This document shows, piece by piece, positions 1 to 12,268 of a stretch of DNA of 64,000 bases. The DNA lies in contig NC_086097.1 of the NCBI RefSeq assembly GCF_963921235.1, positions 54,686,001 to 54,750,000 of the forward strand. The letters are read 5' to 3'. Each line of letters opens with the position of its first letter. The first letter of the stretch is position 1. The position numbers and the translations under genes were made by a program. The notes under the pieces were generated by a model, which saw only the letters and a program-made list of their open reading frames with translations, was not told where the DNA came from and did no database searches. This DNA comes from Mobula hypostoma (taxonomy: Eukaryota).

Positions 1-712
1 ATACAAAAGTCTGAGGTGCAAAGGGACTTGGGACTGCAAGATTCCCTAAAGGCTAATTCGCAGGTTTAGTCCGTGTTGAAGGTGGCAGGTGCAATGCCAG
101 CATTCATTCAAGGGGACTAGAATATAAAAGCAAGGACGTAATGTTGAAATTTTATAAAGTATGGTGAGGCCTCTCTTGGAGTACTGTGAGCAGGTTTGGG
201 CCTCTTCTCTTAGAAAGGATGTGCTGAAACCGGAGAGGGTTCAAAGGAGGTTCACGAAAATGATTTCAGGATTCAAAATGCTTGTCATATAAAGAACATT
301 TGATGGCTCTGGGCCTATATTTACTAGAATTCAGAAGAATGAAGGGTGACCTCCTTGAAACCTATGAAATGGTGAAAGGCCTTGATAGAGCGGATGTGGA
401 GATGATGTTTCCTATGGTAGGAGAGTCTAAGATGAGAGGACACAGCTTCAGAATAGAGGGGTGTCCTTTTAGAACGGAGATGAGGAGGAATTTCATTAGC
501 CAGAGAGTGGTTAACCTGTGGAATTATTTGCCACAGCCAGCTGGGGAGGCCAAATCTTTATGTTTATTTAAGACAGAGGGTTATAGATTCTTGATTGGTC
601 AGGGCATGAGGGGATATGGGGAGAAGGCAGGAGATTGGGGCTGAGAGAAAAACTGGATCAGCCATGATGAAATGGGCCAAATGGCCTAATTCTGCTCCTA
701 TACCTTATGATT
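1..712 (+). mobile_element. CR1-clade LINE, decayed 3' fragment
   Basis: ORF 282..644 (LEFRRMKGDLLETY...RRNFISQRVVNLWN) is the CR1 ORF2 C-terminus, followed by a 3' UTR. Confidence 0.9.
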
Positions 713-1391
713 TTATCTGATTCCATTGGAATCATCAAGCAAAAGGGAACATTTCAGCCTCCTAAATCAAGGACTCCATTAGACTAGCAAGGTTGCAGCG
801 ACAGGACAGCCACTACCAAAACTCATGCCCCTGCAGAAGGGATAAATAGGCTGAGGCAAAAATTAGAAGGAGGTGATTAAAACAAAGGTTAAAAAAATGT
901 GAGAAAAGCTAACAAGTTATATTTTGAGCAAAGTAGCATTGGTATTCAGATTTATAATCAAAGTGTTGAAAAAAAAATTAAAAATGCTAGAAGCATAAAT
1001 TCGGTTTAAAAGAGACTTGGTTACAACCAAAGCACAAGTAGAAGTTTAAATTATTTTTTTAAAAAAACAAAAATCAGGAAAATGGGAGAGGGATTGGAAG
1101 TTGGGCAAACAAGACAATAATTACAGAAGAAATTGAATGACAGAGTGAAAACTGAACCAGTAGAACAGCAACGATGCAAGATTTGGGTAAGAGGTAACCA
1201 TAGACGTCACGATAATAGTGATGCCTGAGGGATGGTGAATCAACATGGAAAGCAGGGAAACACAAAGCAAATAAACTGTATTTTGTTAGAATGGGTGATA
1301 CTTTAAAAGGGGATGCAAAACTACTCAAGCAAAATAATAGATTTCATAAAAGTAATCATATGGTTCTCCAAAACGTGTTTTAGTTCAATGG

Positions 1392-2218
1392 CAACAACAG
1401 GAATTCTGCAGATGCTGGAAATTCAAGCAACACACATCAAAGTTGCTGGTAAACGCAGCAGGCCAGGCAGCATCTATTGGAAGAGTTTCAGTCGACGTTT
1501 CAGGCCGAGACCCTTCGTCAGGACTAACTGAAGGAAGAGTTAGTAAGAGATTTGAAAGTGAGAGGGTGAGGGGGAGATCCAAAATGATAGGTGAAGACAG
1601 GAGGGGAGGGATGGAGCCAAGAGTTGGACAGGTGATTGGCAAAGGGGATATGAGAGGATCATGGGACAGGAGATCCGGGGAGAAAGACGGGGGGGGGGGG
1701 AACAGAGGATGGGCAAGGGGTATAGTCAGAGGGACAGAGGGAGAAAAAGGAGAGTGAGAGAAAGAATGTATGTATAAAAATAAATAACGGATGGGGTACT
1801 AGGGGTAAGTGTGGCACTAGCGGAAGTTTGAGAAGTCGATGTTCATGCCATCAGGTTGGAGGCTACCCAGATGGAATATAAGATGTTGTTCCTCCAACCT
1901 GAGTGTGGCTTCATCTTTACAGTAGAGGAGGCCGTGGATGGACATGTCAGAATGGGAATGGGACGTGGAATTAAAATGTGTGGCCACTGGGAGATCCTGC
2001 TTTCTCTGACAGACAGAGCGTAGGTGTTCAGCAAAGCGGTCTCCCAGTCTGCGTCGGGTCTCGCCAATATATAGAAGGCCACATCGGGAGCACCGGACGC
2101 AGTATATCACCCCAGCCGACTCACAGGTGAAGTGTCGCCTCACCTGGAAGGACTGTCTGAGGCACTGAATGGTGGTAAGGGAGGAAGTGTAGGGGCATGT
2201 GTAGCACTTCTTCCGCTT
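1392..2218 (-). mobile_element. Penelope-like element (Neptune type), 3' part with GIY-YIG endonuclease; left arm of the inverted pair
   Basis: ORF 1817..2143 GVIYCVRCSRCGLLYIGETRRRLGDRFAEH...LEEQHLIF...PDGMN; Cys-rich linker (KCYTCP); pyrimidine-rich 3' region carrying a hammerhead core. Confidence 0.92.
1490..1525 (-). ncRNA. Minimal type I hammerhead ribozyme (Penelope-associated)
   Basis: AGUC-CUGACGA-AGGGUCUCGGCCU-GAAA-CG-UC/GACU: full core, 4-bp stem I (AGUC/GACU), short stem II, palindromic minimal stem III. Confidence 0.8.
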
Positions 2219-2220
2219 AT

Positions 2221-4691
2221 CTTTGTAAAGATAAAGTTGTGGTGGTAGGGGATTTTAATTTTCCATACATTGATTGGGACTCCCATACTGTTAGGGGTCT
2301 AGATGGTTTAGAGTTTGTAAAATGTGTTCAGGAAAGTTTTCTAAATCAGTCTATAGAGGGACCAACTAGAGGGGATGCAATATTGGATCTCCTGTTAGGA
2401 AACGAATTAGGGCAAGTGACGGAAGTCTGTGTAGGGGAGCACTTTGGTTCCAGTGATCATAACACCATTAGTTTCAATTTGATCATGGACAAGGATAGAT
2501 CTGGTCTCTAGGGTTGAGGTTCTGAACTGGAAGAAGGCCAAATTTGAAGAAATGAGAAAAGATCTAAAAAGCGTGGATTGGGACAGGTTGTTCTCTGGCA
2601 AAGATGTGATTGGTAGGTGGGAAGCCTTCAAAGGGGAAATTTTGAGAGTGCAGAGTTGGTATGTTCCTGTCAGGATTAAAGGCAAATTGAATAGGAATTA
2701 GGAACCTTGGTTCTCAAGGGATATTGCAACTCTGATAAAGAAGAAGAGGGAGTTGTATGAAATGTATAGGAAACAGGGGGTAAATCAGGTGCTTGAGGAG
2801 TATAAGAAGTGCAAGAAAATACTTAAGAAAGAAATCAGGAGGGCAAAAAGAAGACATGAGGTTGCCTTGGCAGTCAAAGTGAAGGATAATCCAAAGAGCT
2901 TTTACAAGTATATTAAGAGCAAAAGGATTGTAAGGGATAAAATTGGTCCTCTTGAAGATCAGAGTGGTCGGCTTTGTGCGGAACCAAAGGAAATGGGGGA
3001 GATCTTAAATAGGTTTTTTGCGTCTGTATTTACTAAGGAAGCTGACATGAAATCTATGGAATTGAGGGAATCAAGTAGTGAGACCATGGAAACTGTACAG
3101 ATTGAAAAGCAATTAAAGTGGATAAATCCCCAGGACCTGACAGAGTGTTCCCGCGGACATTGAAGGAGACTAGTGTTGAAATTGCGGGGGCACTGGCAGA
3201 AATATTTAAAATGTCGCTGTCTACGGGTGAAGTGCCGCAGGATTGGAGAGTGGCTCATGTTGTTCCGTTGTTTAAAAAAGGATCGAAAAGTAATCCGGGA
3301 AATTATAGGCCGGTGAGTTTAACGTTGGTAGTAGGTAAGTTATTGGAGGGAGTACTAAGAGACAGAATCTACAAGCACTTGGATAGACAGGGGCTTATTA
3401 GGGAGAGTCAACATGGCTTTGTGCATGGTAGGTCATGTTTGACCAATCTGTTGGAGTTTTTTGAGGAGGTTACCAGGAAAGTGGATGAAGAGAAGGCAGT
3501 GGATATTGTCTACATGGACTTCAGTAAGGCCCTTGACAAGGTCCCGCATGGGAGGTTAGTTAGGAAAATTCAGTCGCTAGGTATACATGGAGAGGTGGTA
3601 AATTGGATTAGACATTGGCTCGATGGAAGAAGCCAGAGAGTGGCGGTAGAGAATTGCTTCTCTGAGTGGAGGCCTGTGACTAGTGGTGTGCCACAGGGAT
3701 CAATGCTGGGTCCATTGTTATTTGTCATCTATATCAATGATCTGGATGATAATGTGGTAAATTGGATCAGCAAGTTTGCTGATGATACAGCGATTGGAGG
3801 TGTAGTAGATAGTGAGGAAGGTTTTCAGAGCCTGCAGAGGGACTTGGACCAGCTGGAAAAATGGGCTGAAAAATGGCAGATGGAGTTTAATACTGACAAG
3901 TGTGAGGTATTGCACATTGGAAGGACAAACCAACATAGAACATACAGGGTTAATGGTAAGGCACTGAGGAGTGCAGTGGAACAGAGGGATCTGGGAATAC
4001 AGATACAACATTCCCTAAAAGTGGCGTCACAGGTAGATAGGGTCATAAAGAGAGCTTCTGGTACATTGGCCTTTATTAATCAAAGTATTGAGTATGAGAG
4101 CTGGAATGTTATGATGAGGTTGTATAAGGCATTGGTGAGGCCGAATCTGGAGTATTGTGTTCAGTTTTGGTCACCAAATTACAGGAAGGATATAAATAAG
4201 GTTGAAAGAGTGCAGAGAAGGTTTACAAGGATGTTGCCGGGACTTGAGAAACTCAGTTACAGAGAAAGGTTGAATAGGTTAGGACTTTATTCCCTGGAGC
4301 GTAGAAGAACGAGGGGAGATTTGATAGAGGTATATAAAATTATGATGGGTATAGACAGAGTGAATGCAAGCAGGTTTTTTCCACTGAGGCAAGGGGAGAA
4401 AAAAACCAGAGGACATGGGTTAAGGATGAGGGGGGAAAAGTTTAAAGGGAACATTGGGGGGGCTTCTTCACACAGAGAGTGGTGGGAGTATGGAATGAGC
4501 TGCCAGATGAGGTGGTAAATGCTGGTTCTTTTTTAACATTTAAGAATAAATTGGACAGATACATGGATGGGAGGTGTATGGAGGGATATGGTCCGTGTGC
4601 AGGTCAGTGGGACTAGGCAGAAAATGGTTCGGCACAGCCAAGAAGGGCCAAAGGGCCTGTTTCTGTGCTGCAGTTTCTATGGTTCTATGGT
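2221..4691 (+). mobile_element. CR1-clade LINE, 5'-truncated ORF2 (part of the APE endonuclease plus RT) with intact 3' end
   Basis: VVGDFNFPYIDW...LDLLL...SDH; RT ORF 3118..4518 (NYRPVSL, QHGF, GVPQGS, KFADD); in-frame stops and frameshifts; ends in (TTCTATGG)2. Confidence 0.95.
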
Positions 4692-5477
4692 AAGTGCTAC
4701 ACATGCCCCTACACTTCCTCCCTTACCACCATTCAGGACCCCGGACAGTCCTTCCAGGTGAGGCGACACTTCACCTGTGAGTCGGCTGGGGTGATATACT
4801 GCGTCTGGTGCTCCCGATGTGGCCTTCTATATATTGGCGAGACCCGACGCAGACTGGGAGACCGCTTTGCTGAACACCTATGCTCTGTCCGCCAGAGAAA
4901 GCAGGATCTCCCAGTGGCCACACATTTTAATTCTACGCCCCATTCCCATTCTGACATGTCCATCCACGGCCTCCTCTACTGTAAAGATGAAGCCACACTC
5001 AAGTAGGAGGAACAACACCTTATATTCCATGTGGGTAGCCTCCAACCTGATGGCATGAACATCGACTTCTCAAACTTCCGCTAGTGCCACACTTACCCCT
5101 AGTACCCCATCCGTTATTTATTTTTATACATACATTCTTTCTCTCACTCTCCTTTTTCTCCCTCTGTCCCTCTGACTATACCCCTTGCCCATCCTCTGTT
5201 CCCTCCCCCCTCCCGTCTTTCTCCCCGGATCTCCTGTCCCGTGATCCTCTCATATCCCCTTTGACAATCACCTGTCCAACTCTTGGCTCCATCCCTCCCC
5301 CTCCTGTCTTCACCTATCATTTTGGATCTCCCCCTCCCCCTCTCACTTTCAAATCTCTTACTAACTCTTCCTTCAGTTAGTCCTGACGAAGGGTCTCGGC
5401 CTGAAACGTCGACTGAAACTCTTCCAATAGATGCTGCCTGGCCTGCTGCATTTACCAGCAACTTTGATGTGTGTTGC
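4692..5477 (+). mobile_element. Penelope-like element (Neptune type), 3' part with GIY-YIG; right arm of the inverted pair
   Basis: ORF 4665..5006 KCYTCPY...GVIYCVWCSRCGLLYIGET; near-identical reverse complement of 1425..2209. Confidence 0.92.
5379..5414 (+). ncRNA. Minimal type I hammerhead ribozyme (Penelope-associated); predicted cleavage after C5410
   Basis: agtc CTGACGA agggtctcggcct GAAA cg TC gact. Confidence 0.8.
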
Positions 5478-7229
5478 TTTAGTTTAATGGGACAGGTTAA
5501 ACATGACTATGTCTGATGAACCACAATTTGATTATAGTGAGCAAATTTAATATTAAGATCAAGAGACTGAAGGGATGAACCACAATGGATTTAAATAAAA
5601 CACAAAAAATAACTAATTACCATCAAGCATACCGGTATATTCATAAAAACCCTGAGACAGCTGTACTTGAAGTAATAACTGGTAAATATAAAATGAATGC
5701 ATGCTTATACAAATCAAAAACTCTGCTTGTGAATTTATGTAACAATGACAATTTAAAAAATAATGTAACATAGAAACCTTGCAAAGGGTATCAAAGCCAA
5801 CACCAACTATTTTACGTATTTGTAGAATGTCACAAAAAAATGACAATTTAAAGACAGGTGCATGTGATAATTAATAACAAGGGTAATATTAAATCAGTAC
5901 ACTTTATTCATATTAAAACTATGGAAGAAAAAAAGGAATATAAAAATTAGTTGAAAGGTATGGTAAATGTATAATGGCAATGGAAAAAAATAATAAGATT
6001 GAAAATAGACTCATCTTCAAGAAATAATGGTTCCTATCCAGAGTATTAAATTAAAAATGTATCAACCATTATACTCCAATTCACCCACAAGTCTGCCTGA
6101 CAGTGTCTCCAGCACAGAAACAGCCTACCATGTTCATCAGGTACCCATTTAAACTAATTCCATTTACCAGTACCTGGCCTCTAGTCTACACTACCTTGGT
6201 GATTCAAGTGCCATCCAGACACTTCTTAAATGTTGTGAAAGTACCACCTCCACTACCTTTTCAGGCAGTGTGTTACAGAAATCAACTACTGTCTAGGTGA
6301 GAAAGCTCTTCCTCACGTTGTCTCTTTACAATTTGCCACTTACTTCCAACTTTCCTATTGTTTTATCTTGTACTATCTCAATGCTCTGTTATAATGAATT
6401 GATCTGTATGAACAGTATACAAGACAAGTTCTTCCATGGTACGTTGGTACATCAGTACACCTGACATTAATAAATAAATTTACCATTTAAAGTTTAGCCC
6501 ATTCTGTTTCTTCCCATATCTGAAATGTTCCTTCATTTTGCATGAACTTTCTCTGCACCTCTACCGCAATCATTTCCTTCCTATTGTGTGCTAACAAGAA
6601 CTGCACCCAGTCTTCCAAAAATGTTTTCAGAGTTTAAAGTTCCAACCAACTTGAACAAAGTTCCTTGATGTTCTCAAATTAACATTTACTTTTTGCATTT
6701 CCTCCAAGCTTTGTCTAATTTTTGGTTCTATTCAATTATTTCAGATTTGAGTTTATTTGCAGGATTTTCTCTCGTTTTACATACACCTTTGATCCCTTCA
6801 CCCTTTATTTTATTTTCTTCATATACAGCAGTTGATTTCCAATTGATTGTGAAAATAAGCCTATCACTTTGACAAACAGTTGAATGACATTACACATTAC
6901 ATTGCAAGAGAGAAAAAAAAACAAATCGTAAGGTGCATATCTGTCTAAATGCTCCACCCACCCCGAAAATTGCAAATCCTACCTGTCAGCCAAGACTAAT
7001 CACCCTTTCATACATTCATTGAGCAAGATTGCTGCAAACCCTTCCATAAAATTCTGTTCCTCATTCTCCAGATTTTATGTCAATTATGTGACCATCTGCC
7101 AAGTTGGTTAAATAACAATGTCATTTGCTCACACAGAAATAAAATAAATATTAACAAATACATTAATATATAGTTCCTCAGCAACACCAATTTAAAACCA
7201 ACTTAGTTATACTTACATTTGCCCAGGAT

Positions 7230-8400
7230 TTTCAGGACACCCGGACACAGCCACTTACCTGAAACATCGTCTATTTATTCCGCTCCACAGATGGTAGGAG
7301 GGCTGGGCTGCATGTGACCGTGAAACAGAATGGGTTTAAGCCACCCCTCCTCAGCATACTAACCAGCTAACATCTAAGCCATCAAGAACAAAGCTGATAA
7401 GGTAAGGGCAAGACTGACCTACCAAAGAAACTAAGGGATTGCTACGTACTGTGCCTCACCAGCCGGTTCCCTTCAAACTGAGGGCTTCTCAATTCACCAG
7501 TGTCCTTGAGTAAAATTAGAGGTGGTGGACTCTGGTGAGTTCCTGCTCAACCAGTTTGGAATATTTAACAGTAAAGGCATTCTATCTGCTACAGAAGTTA
7601 ACTTCAGATATCCTAATTGCAGACTACATCTCACCTCAAACACACATGAAACCTGCATCCAATGAACTCTGGTCAAGAGCCTTGTAACAGGACACCCAGA
7701 GGCCCTTTTCTTCATTGCTAGTGACTTCAACCAGGACAACTTCAAAAGGATATTACCAAAATACTACTAGCATGTATCCTGTCCCACCAGCGGCCTGAAC
7801 ACAGAGCCATTGCTACATAGCCATCAAAGATGCCTACCGAGCCACCCCTGTCCACACTTCGGTAAATCTAACCATAGGCTGTGCTCCTATTCCCTGCATA
7901 CAAACAGAAACTGAAACGGGAGGATCTAGTGAAGTCTGCCAGTGCATATGCTGGCCTGAGGAAGTAGATGAGTTTTACATGACTGGTCTATGTTCAATGA
8001 CACGGCTGCCAGCCTCAATGAGAATGTAACATTCTCTATCAGCAAATATATTGATGACTCCATGCCAGAGAGGACAATCTGGGTGTTCTTAAACCATAGA
8101 TGAACTGGAAGATGCGCTCCCACTTAGGACTGCAGCACTCAAATGAGGTGACCTTAACCGATACAAAAATTGAGATACTAACCCATAAAGCCATCAGAGC
8201 GGCCAAGAGACAGTACCAGTCCAAAATAGAGTCGCAGAGCAGCTATAAGTTGTGGCAGGGCTTATACCCTCTCAGGAGACTACAAAACAAAGTCAGGCAA
8301 CATTGCCAACAATAGCACATTTCTGTCTGAAGAACAACTCATTCTATGAATGTTTAGAACAGATGCTCCACTGTCAGCTCACTACACAATTGTATCACCG
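7230..8400 (+). mobile_element. Rex1/Babar-clade LINE remnant (endonuclease region)
   Basis: Decayed motifs DFNQ.N.K..LPKY..HVSCPT, HCY..IKDAYR, HFGKS.H, LL.PAYKQKLKR. Confidence 0.7.
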
Positions 8401-8439
8401 TCAAAGTAGCGAAGATCCCCCTCAGGTTCTCATTAAATA

Positions 8440-9990
8440 CTTCCACTTTCACACTCAACCTATCATCCTTAGCTCTAGTCTCACTCAGTCTCAGTGGAAG
8501 AAGCCTGCCTGCATTAACTCTAACTATACACCTCAAATGTTTATACCCCCATCAAATCTCCCCTCATTCTCCTTTGCTCCAGGAATAAAGTCCTAACCAA
8601 TTCAATCTTTCCCTTTCACTAAGCTCAAGTCCAGGCAACAGCTTTGTAAATTTTCTCTGTACTCTTTCAATTTGATCGATATGTTTCCTACAGATGGGTG
8701 ACCAGAAATGCACAAAAAATACTCCCAAATAGGCCTCACCAATATCTTATACAACTTCAGCATAACATCCTAACTCTATACTCAATACTCTGATTTATAA
8801 ACATGTCAAAACCCTTCTTTTCAGCCCCATCTACCTGAGATACCACTTTCAAGGAAATATGGATCTGTATTGCTGAGGCTTTATAAGGCATTGATCAGAC
8901 TGCATTGGAGTACCGTGAGCAACTTTAGGCCCCTTATCTAAGGAAAGATGTGCTGGCATAGGAGAGGATCCAGAGGAGAACGATTCCAGGAATGAAAGGG
9001 TTAATGTATGAGGAGTGTTTGATGGCTCTGGGCCTGTACTCAATGGAGTTTAAAAGAATGACAAGGAATCTAATTGAAACCTATTGAATATTGAAAGGCC
9101 TAGGATAAAGCGGACATGGAGAGGATGTTTCTTAAAAGGGAAATCTTAGACCAGAGGGCACAGCCTCAGAATAAAAGTACATCCCTTTATAGTAGAAATA
9201 AGGAGGAATTTCTTCAGCCAGTGGGTGGTGAATTTGTGGAATTCACGGATGGCTGTGGAAGCCATGTCATTGGGTATATTTAAAACAAAAACTGACAGGT
9301 TCTTGATTAGTAAGGGTGTCAAAGGTTATGGGGAGAAGGCAGGAGAATGGTTTTGAGAGGACTAACAAATCAGCCATGATGGAATGGTGGACCAGACTCA
9401 ATGGGCCGAATGACCTCATTGTGCCCCCAAGTCTTATGGTCTTATGCCTCTGTTCTACCGTATCCTCAGAGCCTCACCATTTACAGTACAAGCCCTACTC
9501 TGATTGGTTCTTCCAAAGTGCAACACCTTACACCTGTCTGCATTAACTTCCATCTGCCATTTTCCAGCCCAGTTTTCCAGCTGGTCCAGAACATGCTGTA
9601 AGATTTGACAGCCTTCCTCCTTGTCCAATATGCTCACAATCTTGATGTCATCTGCAAATTTACTGACACATAATCATCCAGATCACTGATACAGATAACA
9701 ATGGACCCAACATTGATTTCTACAATACACCACAGGTCACAGGCACCCATTTACTACCACCCTTGGGCTTCTTCTGCTAAGCCAACGTTAGTCAAATATA
9801 CTACTTCATCCTGAATGCCAAGTGATTGAACCTTCTTGATTAGCCTCCCCCACAGGATATTGTCTAAAGTCCATGAAGACAACATCCACTTCCATTCCTT
9901 CATCCACTTTCCTGGTAACCTCCTTGAAATACTCTAAAAGATTGGTGAGGCACTATCTACCACACACAAAGCCATGTTGACTATCCCTTC
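8440..9990. mobile_element. Nested decayed CR1 fragments (minus-strand copy interrupted by a plus-strand 3' fragment at ~8870-9430)
   Basis: LDQLENWAGKWQM...KVLHFGR on minus; CR1 C-terminus and 3' UTR on plus. Confidence 0.75.
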
Positions 9991-10881
9991 TAATGATCAA
10001 TAATAATCTTGCACCTAATTATTTACTTTTTCAATAGTTGCTACACTTTATTCTGCGTTGTTTAACCTTGTTCCACCTAACTGCACTGTGGAATGACTTG
10101 ATCTGTATGAACAGTATGCAAGACTAGTGTCAAACGAGCTGCGAGTCGAAGTGGTGGATGCAAGTTTGATTGCAACATTTAAGATCAGTAGATGGATGGG
10201 AGGGGTAAGGAGCACCGTGATTCAGATGCACGTTGATGGACTAGGCAGACTAACAGTTCTGCAACTCAATGGGCCACAGGGCCTGTTTCTGTGCTATAGT
10301 GCTCCATGACTCCATAAGCTTTACACTGTATCTCGCTAAGTGACGATAATAAACCAATTCCAGAGAAATGGATGTAAAATTAAAATCAAACCATTCTAGT
10401 GACAACATCGCTTCCTGATAAATTTTCCAGTATTCAAGAAATATCAGTATGCTGGCTCTAACTCAATGTGTCTATACAGGCTTATATTCTTTCCACCAAG
10501 TTAACCAACAACCATAGATTTAAATCTGTATGTCAGCTACAAATAGGCAAGCTTACAAAATCATACATTGTATCCAAACAGATGTTTTTAAATATAACAG
10601 GTTTTCTTTGGCACTGTCAAAGCAATCCAAGGTGAGAATCCAAACCAATTAAACACTAAAATCATAAGGCAAGACATAAGACTACAATCAAAGCAATGAT
10701 CAAAAACTAATTGTCCAAGCATATACATTCTCATGGAAGTGGATTTTCTGAGTTGATAATCTTAAATAACTTGAAGATTTCAATGAAAATGTTTCTAAAT
10801 TAACTTTATTATTTATAAAGCCAAGACAAAATTGATGTATTAAAAGTATCAAGAGCTAACTACCAGAGATGGGTTTCCTAC

Positions 10882-11020
10882 CTTCCTTTCCTCAGCAGAT
10901 AGAATGCGGAATCTGTTCATGCCTTCTTTAATTATTTCTTCTTCTGTCAAATCCGGACTTTCAGCAATAATATTATCTCGGCTTTCCTCCAACCAAAGTT
11001 GGAAACCTGTTTTCTTTGGC
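10882..11020 (-). CDS. WDHD1: WDHD1 exon (~25), HMG box, PKKTGFQLWLEESRDNIIAESPDLTEEEIIKEGMNRFRILSAEERK
   Basis: aag acceptor after a poly-T tract, AAG|gtagg donor, 139 nt. Confidence 0.95.
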
Positions 11021-11346
11021 CTTTTCACAATAAAAAAAAATTACTCCTTTATTGCTATCTTCAATCTAGTCATAGTCATACTTTATTGATCCCAAGGGAA
11101 ATGGTTGATTAAGTCCACTTGATTAGAAATTACAATTGGTGCTTATTATGGAAATAATAATCTGAAATTCAAATGCTGTGTGCAGTTGCTATCTGGTAGT
11201 ATCATCATAATTTAAATCATATTTATAGAAAATGAGTCATAAAGTTTTTTAAATGTACACTTATCAATACAAATTATTAAATTTCCAAGCAGTTTAATGG
11301 TTTCTGACGTGTTTATCCTTTGTATATAATGTAAAAACACACTCAC

Positions 11347-11471
11347 TTTTTGTTATCTGTAACTTTGCTCTCTGGATTAACTGTTTGTACAGGCTTAGCC
11401 TCAATAGGTTTATCTTCCGTAATTGTACTGCTGGACTTGGGGGTGGTTGTTTGGAAGAGTGTAGCCTGGGT
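11347..11471 (-). CDS. WDHD1: WDHD1 exon (~24), TQATLFQTTTPKSSSTITEDKPIEAKPVQTVNPESKVTDNK
   Basis: poly-T tract then acag acceptor, AA|gtgagt donor, 125 nt; phases fit both neighbours. Confidence 0.88.
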
Positions 11472-12094
11472 CTGTAAAAAAAAAAGTGAAAAATAGATGC
11501 CAAAATACATTCACAGCACCAATGCATTGCACGAGTTAATTACTCAAGACAAAAACTTTTACAGTGGCATTTAAAATAAAATCGAAGTTTTATTTTATAT
11601 TTGGCTGTCTAATGCTGGAACAACCAGATAACCATATTTTTGTAAATCTCAAAGCATTATAAGGATGCAAGCAAAGTAACTACAAAATTGATTCGTGATA
11701 TTCAGCAAAATTAATTGGAACATCTTTGAAACAAAATCATATAGCATGCACTTTGTACCCTCTGGAGTTTGACATACAGAAACGCAAAATATTTCCTTTT
11801 TAGTTCTACTTTAGTACTTATTGCATGGAGCTTACAAACATCAGCTATATTGGTTCTTTTTCCACATACAAAAAGAAAAAGCAAATTTCACAGTATTTTT
11901 CAACTCAGACTCACTTGTGGTCGAAAAGAACTTCTATATAATAATGTGGTATATGATTGGCTAATGTTTGTAACTTAGTCACAAGGGGAAACACCAAATG
12001 AACATATAATTCTTCGTCATAGTCATACTTTATTGATCCCGGGAGAAACTGGTTTTATTCTGAATCTAAACTAAATACTTAATTAGATTAGTAC

Positions 12095-12268
12095 CTGTTT
12101 TGTCTTTAACTTTGACATCAGAGGCTTCAGGACTGTCGATTTTTCCTTATTTGTAGATTGATTGTTGTTGTTTGTTGATCTTTTATTAGTTTTCACCATG
12201 CTATCTAGAATGTTGGTGTTACGAGTTTGAGCTCCAGGTAGTCCAGGAGTTATGCCACCAGATGTCAC
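12095..12268 (-). CDS. WDHD1: WDHD1 exon (~23), VTSGGITPG...NTNILDSMVK...KEKSTVLKPLMSKLKTKQ
   Basis: ttctccttccgag acceptor (GAG), CAG|gtact donor, 174 nt; TNILD and KPL motifs. Confidence 0.88.

Noticed and set aside
1074..1340. LSSFASPFK, resembling the AND-1 C-terminal KLSAFAF
   Set aside because: No upstream W..KAK or KKRK segment and no fitting acceptor; it lies in decayed repeat-like sequence. The last exon is probably outside the window.
3118..4518. 466-aa ORF as a domesticated or active RT gene
   Set aside because: Ordinary CR1 ORF2 piece: 5'-truncated, with upstream stops, a deletion near 3105 and a C-terminal frameshift.
1425..5479. DNA transposon with long TIRs, or a DIRS/LTR-type element
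   Set aside because: The arms encode a Penelope GIY-YIG domain and a hammerhead, and the interior is CR1. There is no transposase, recombinase or integrase.
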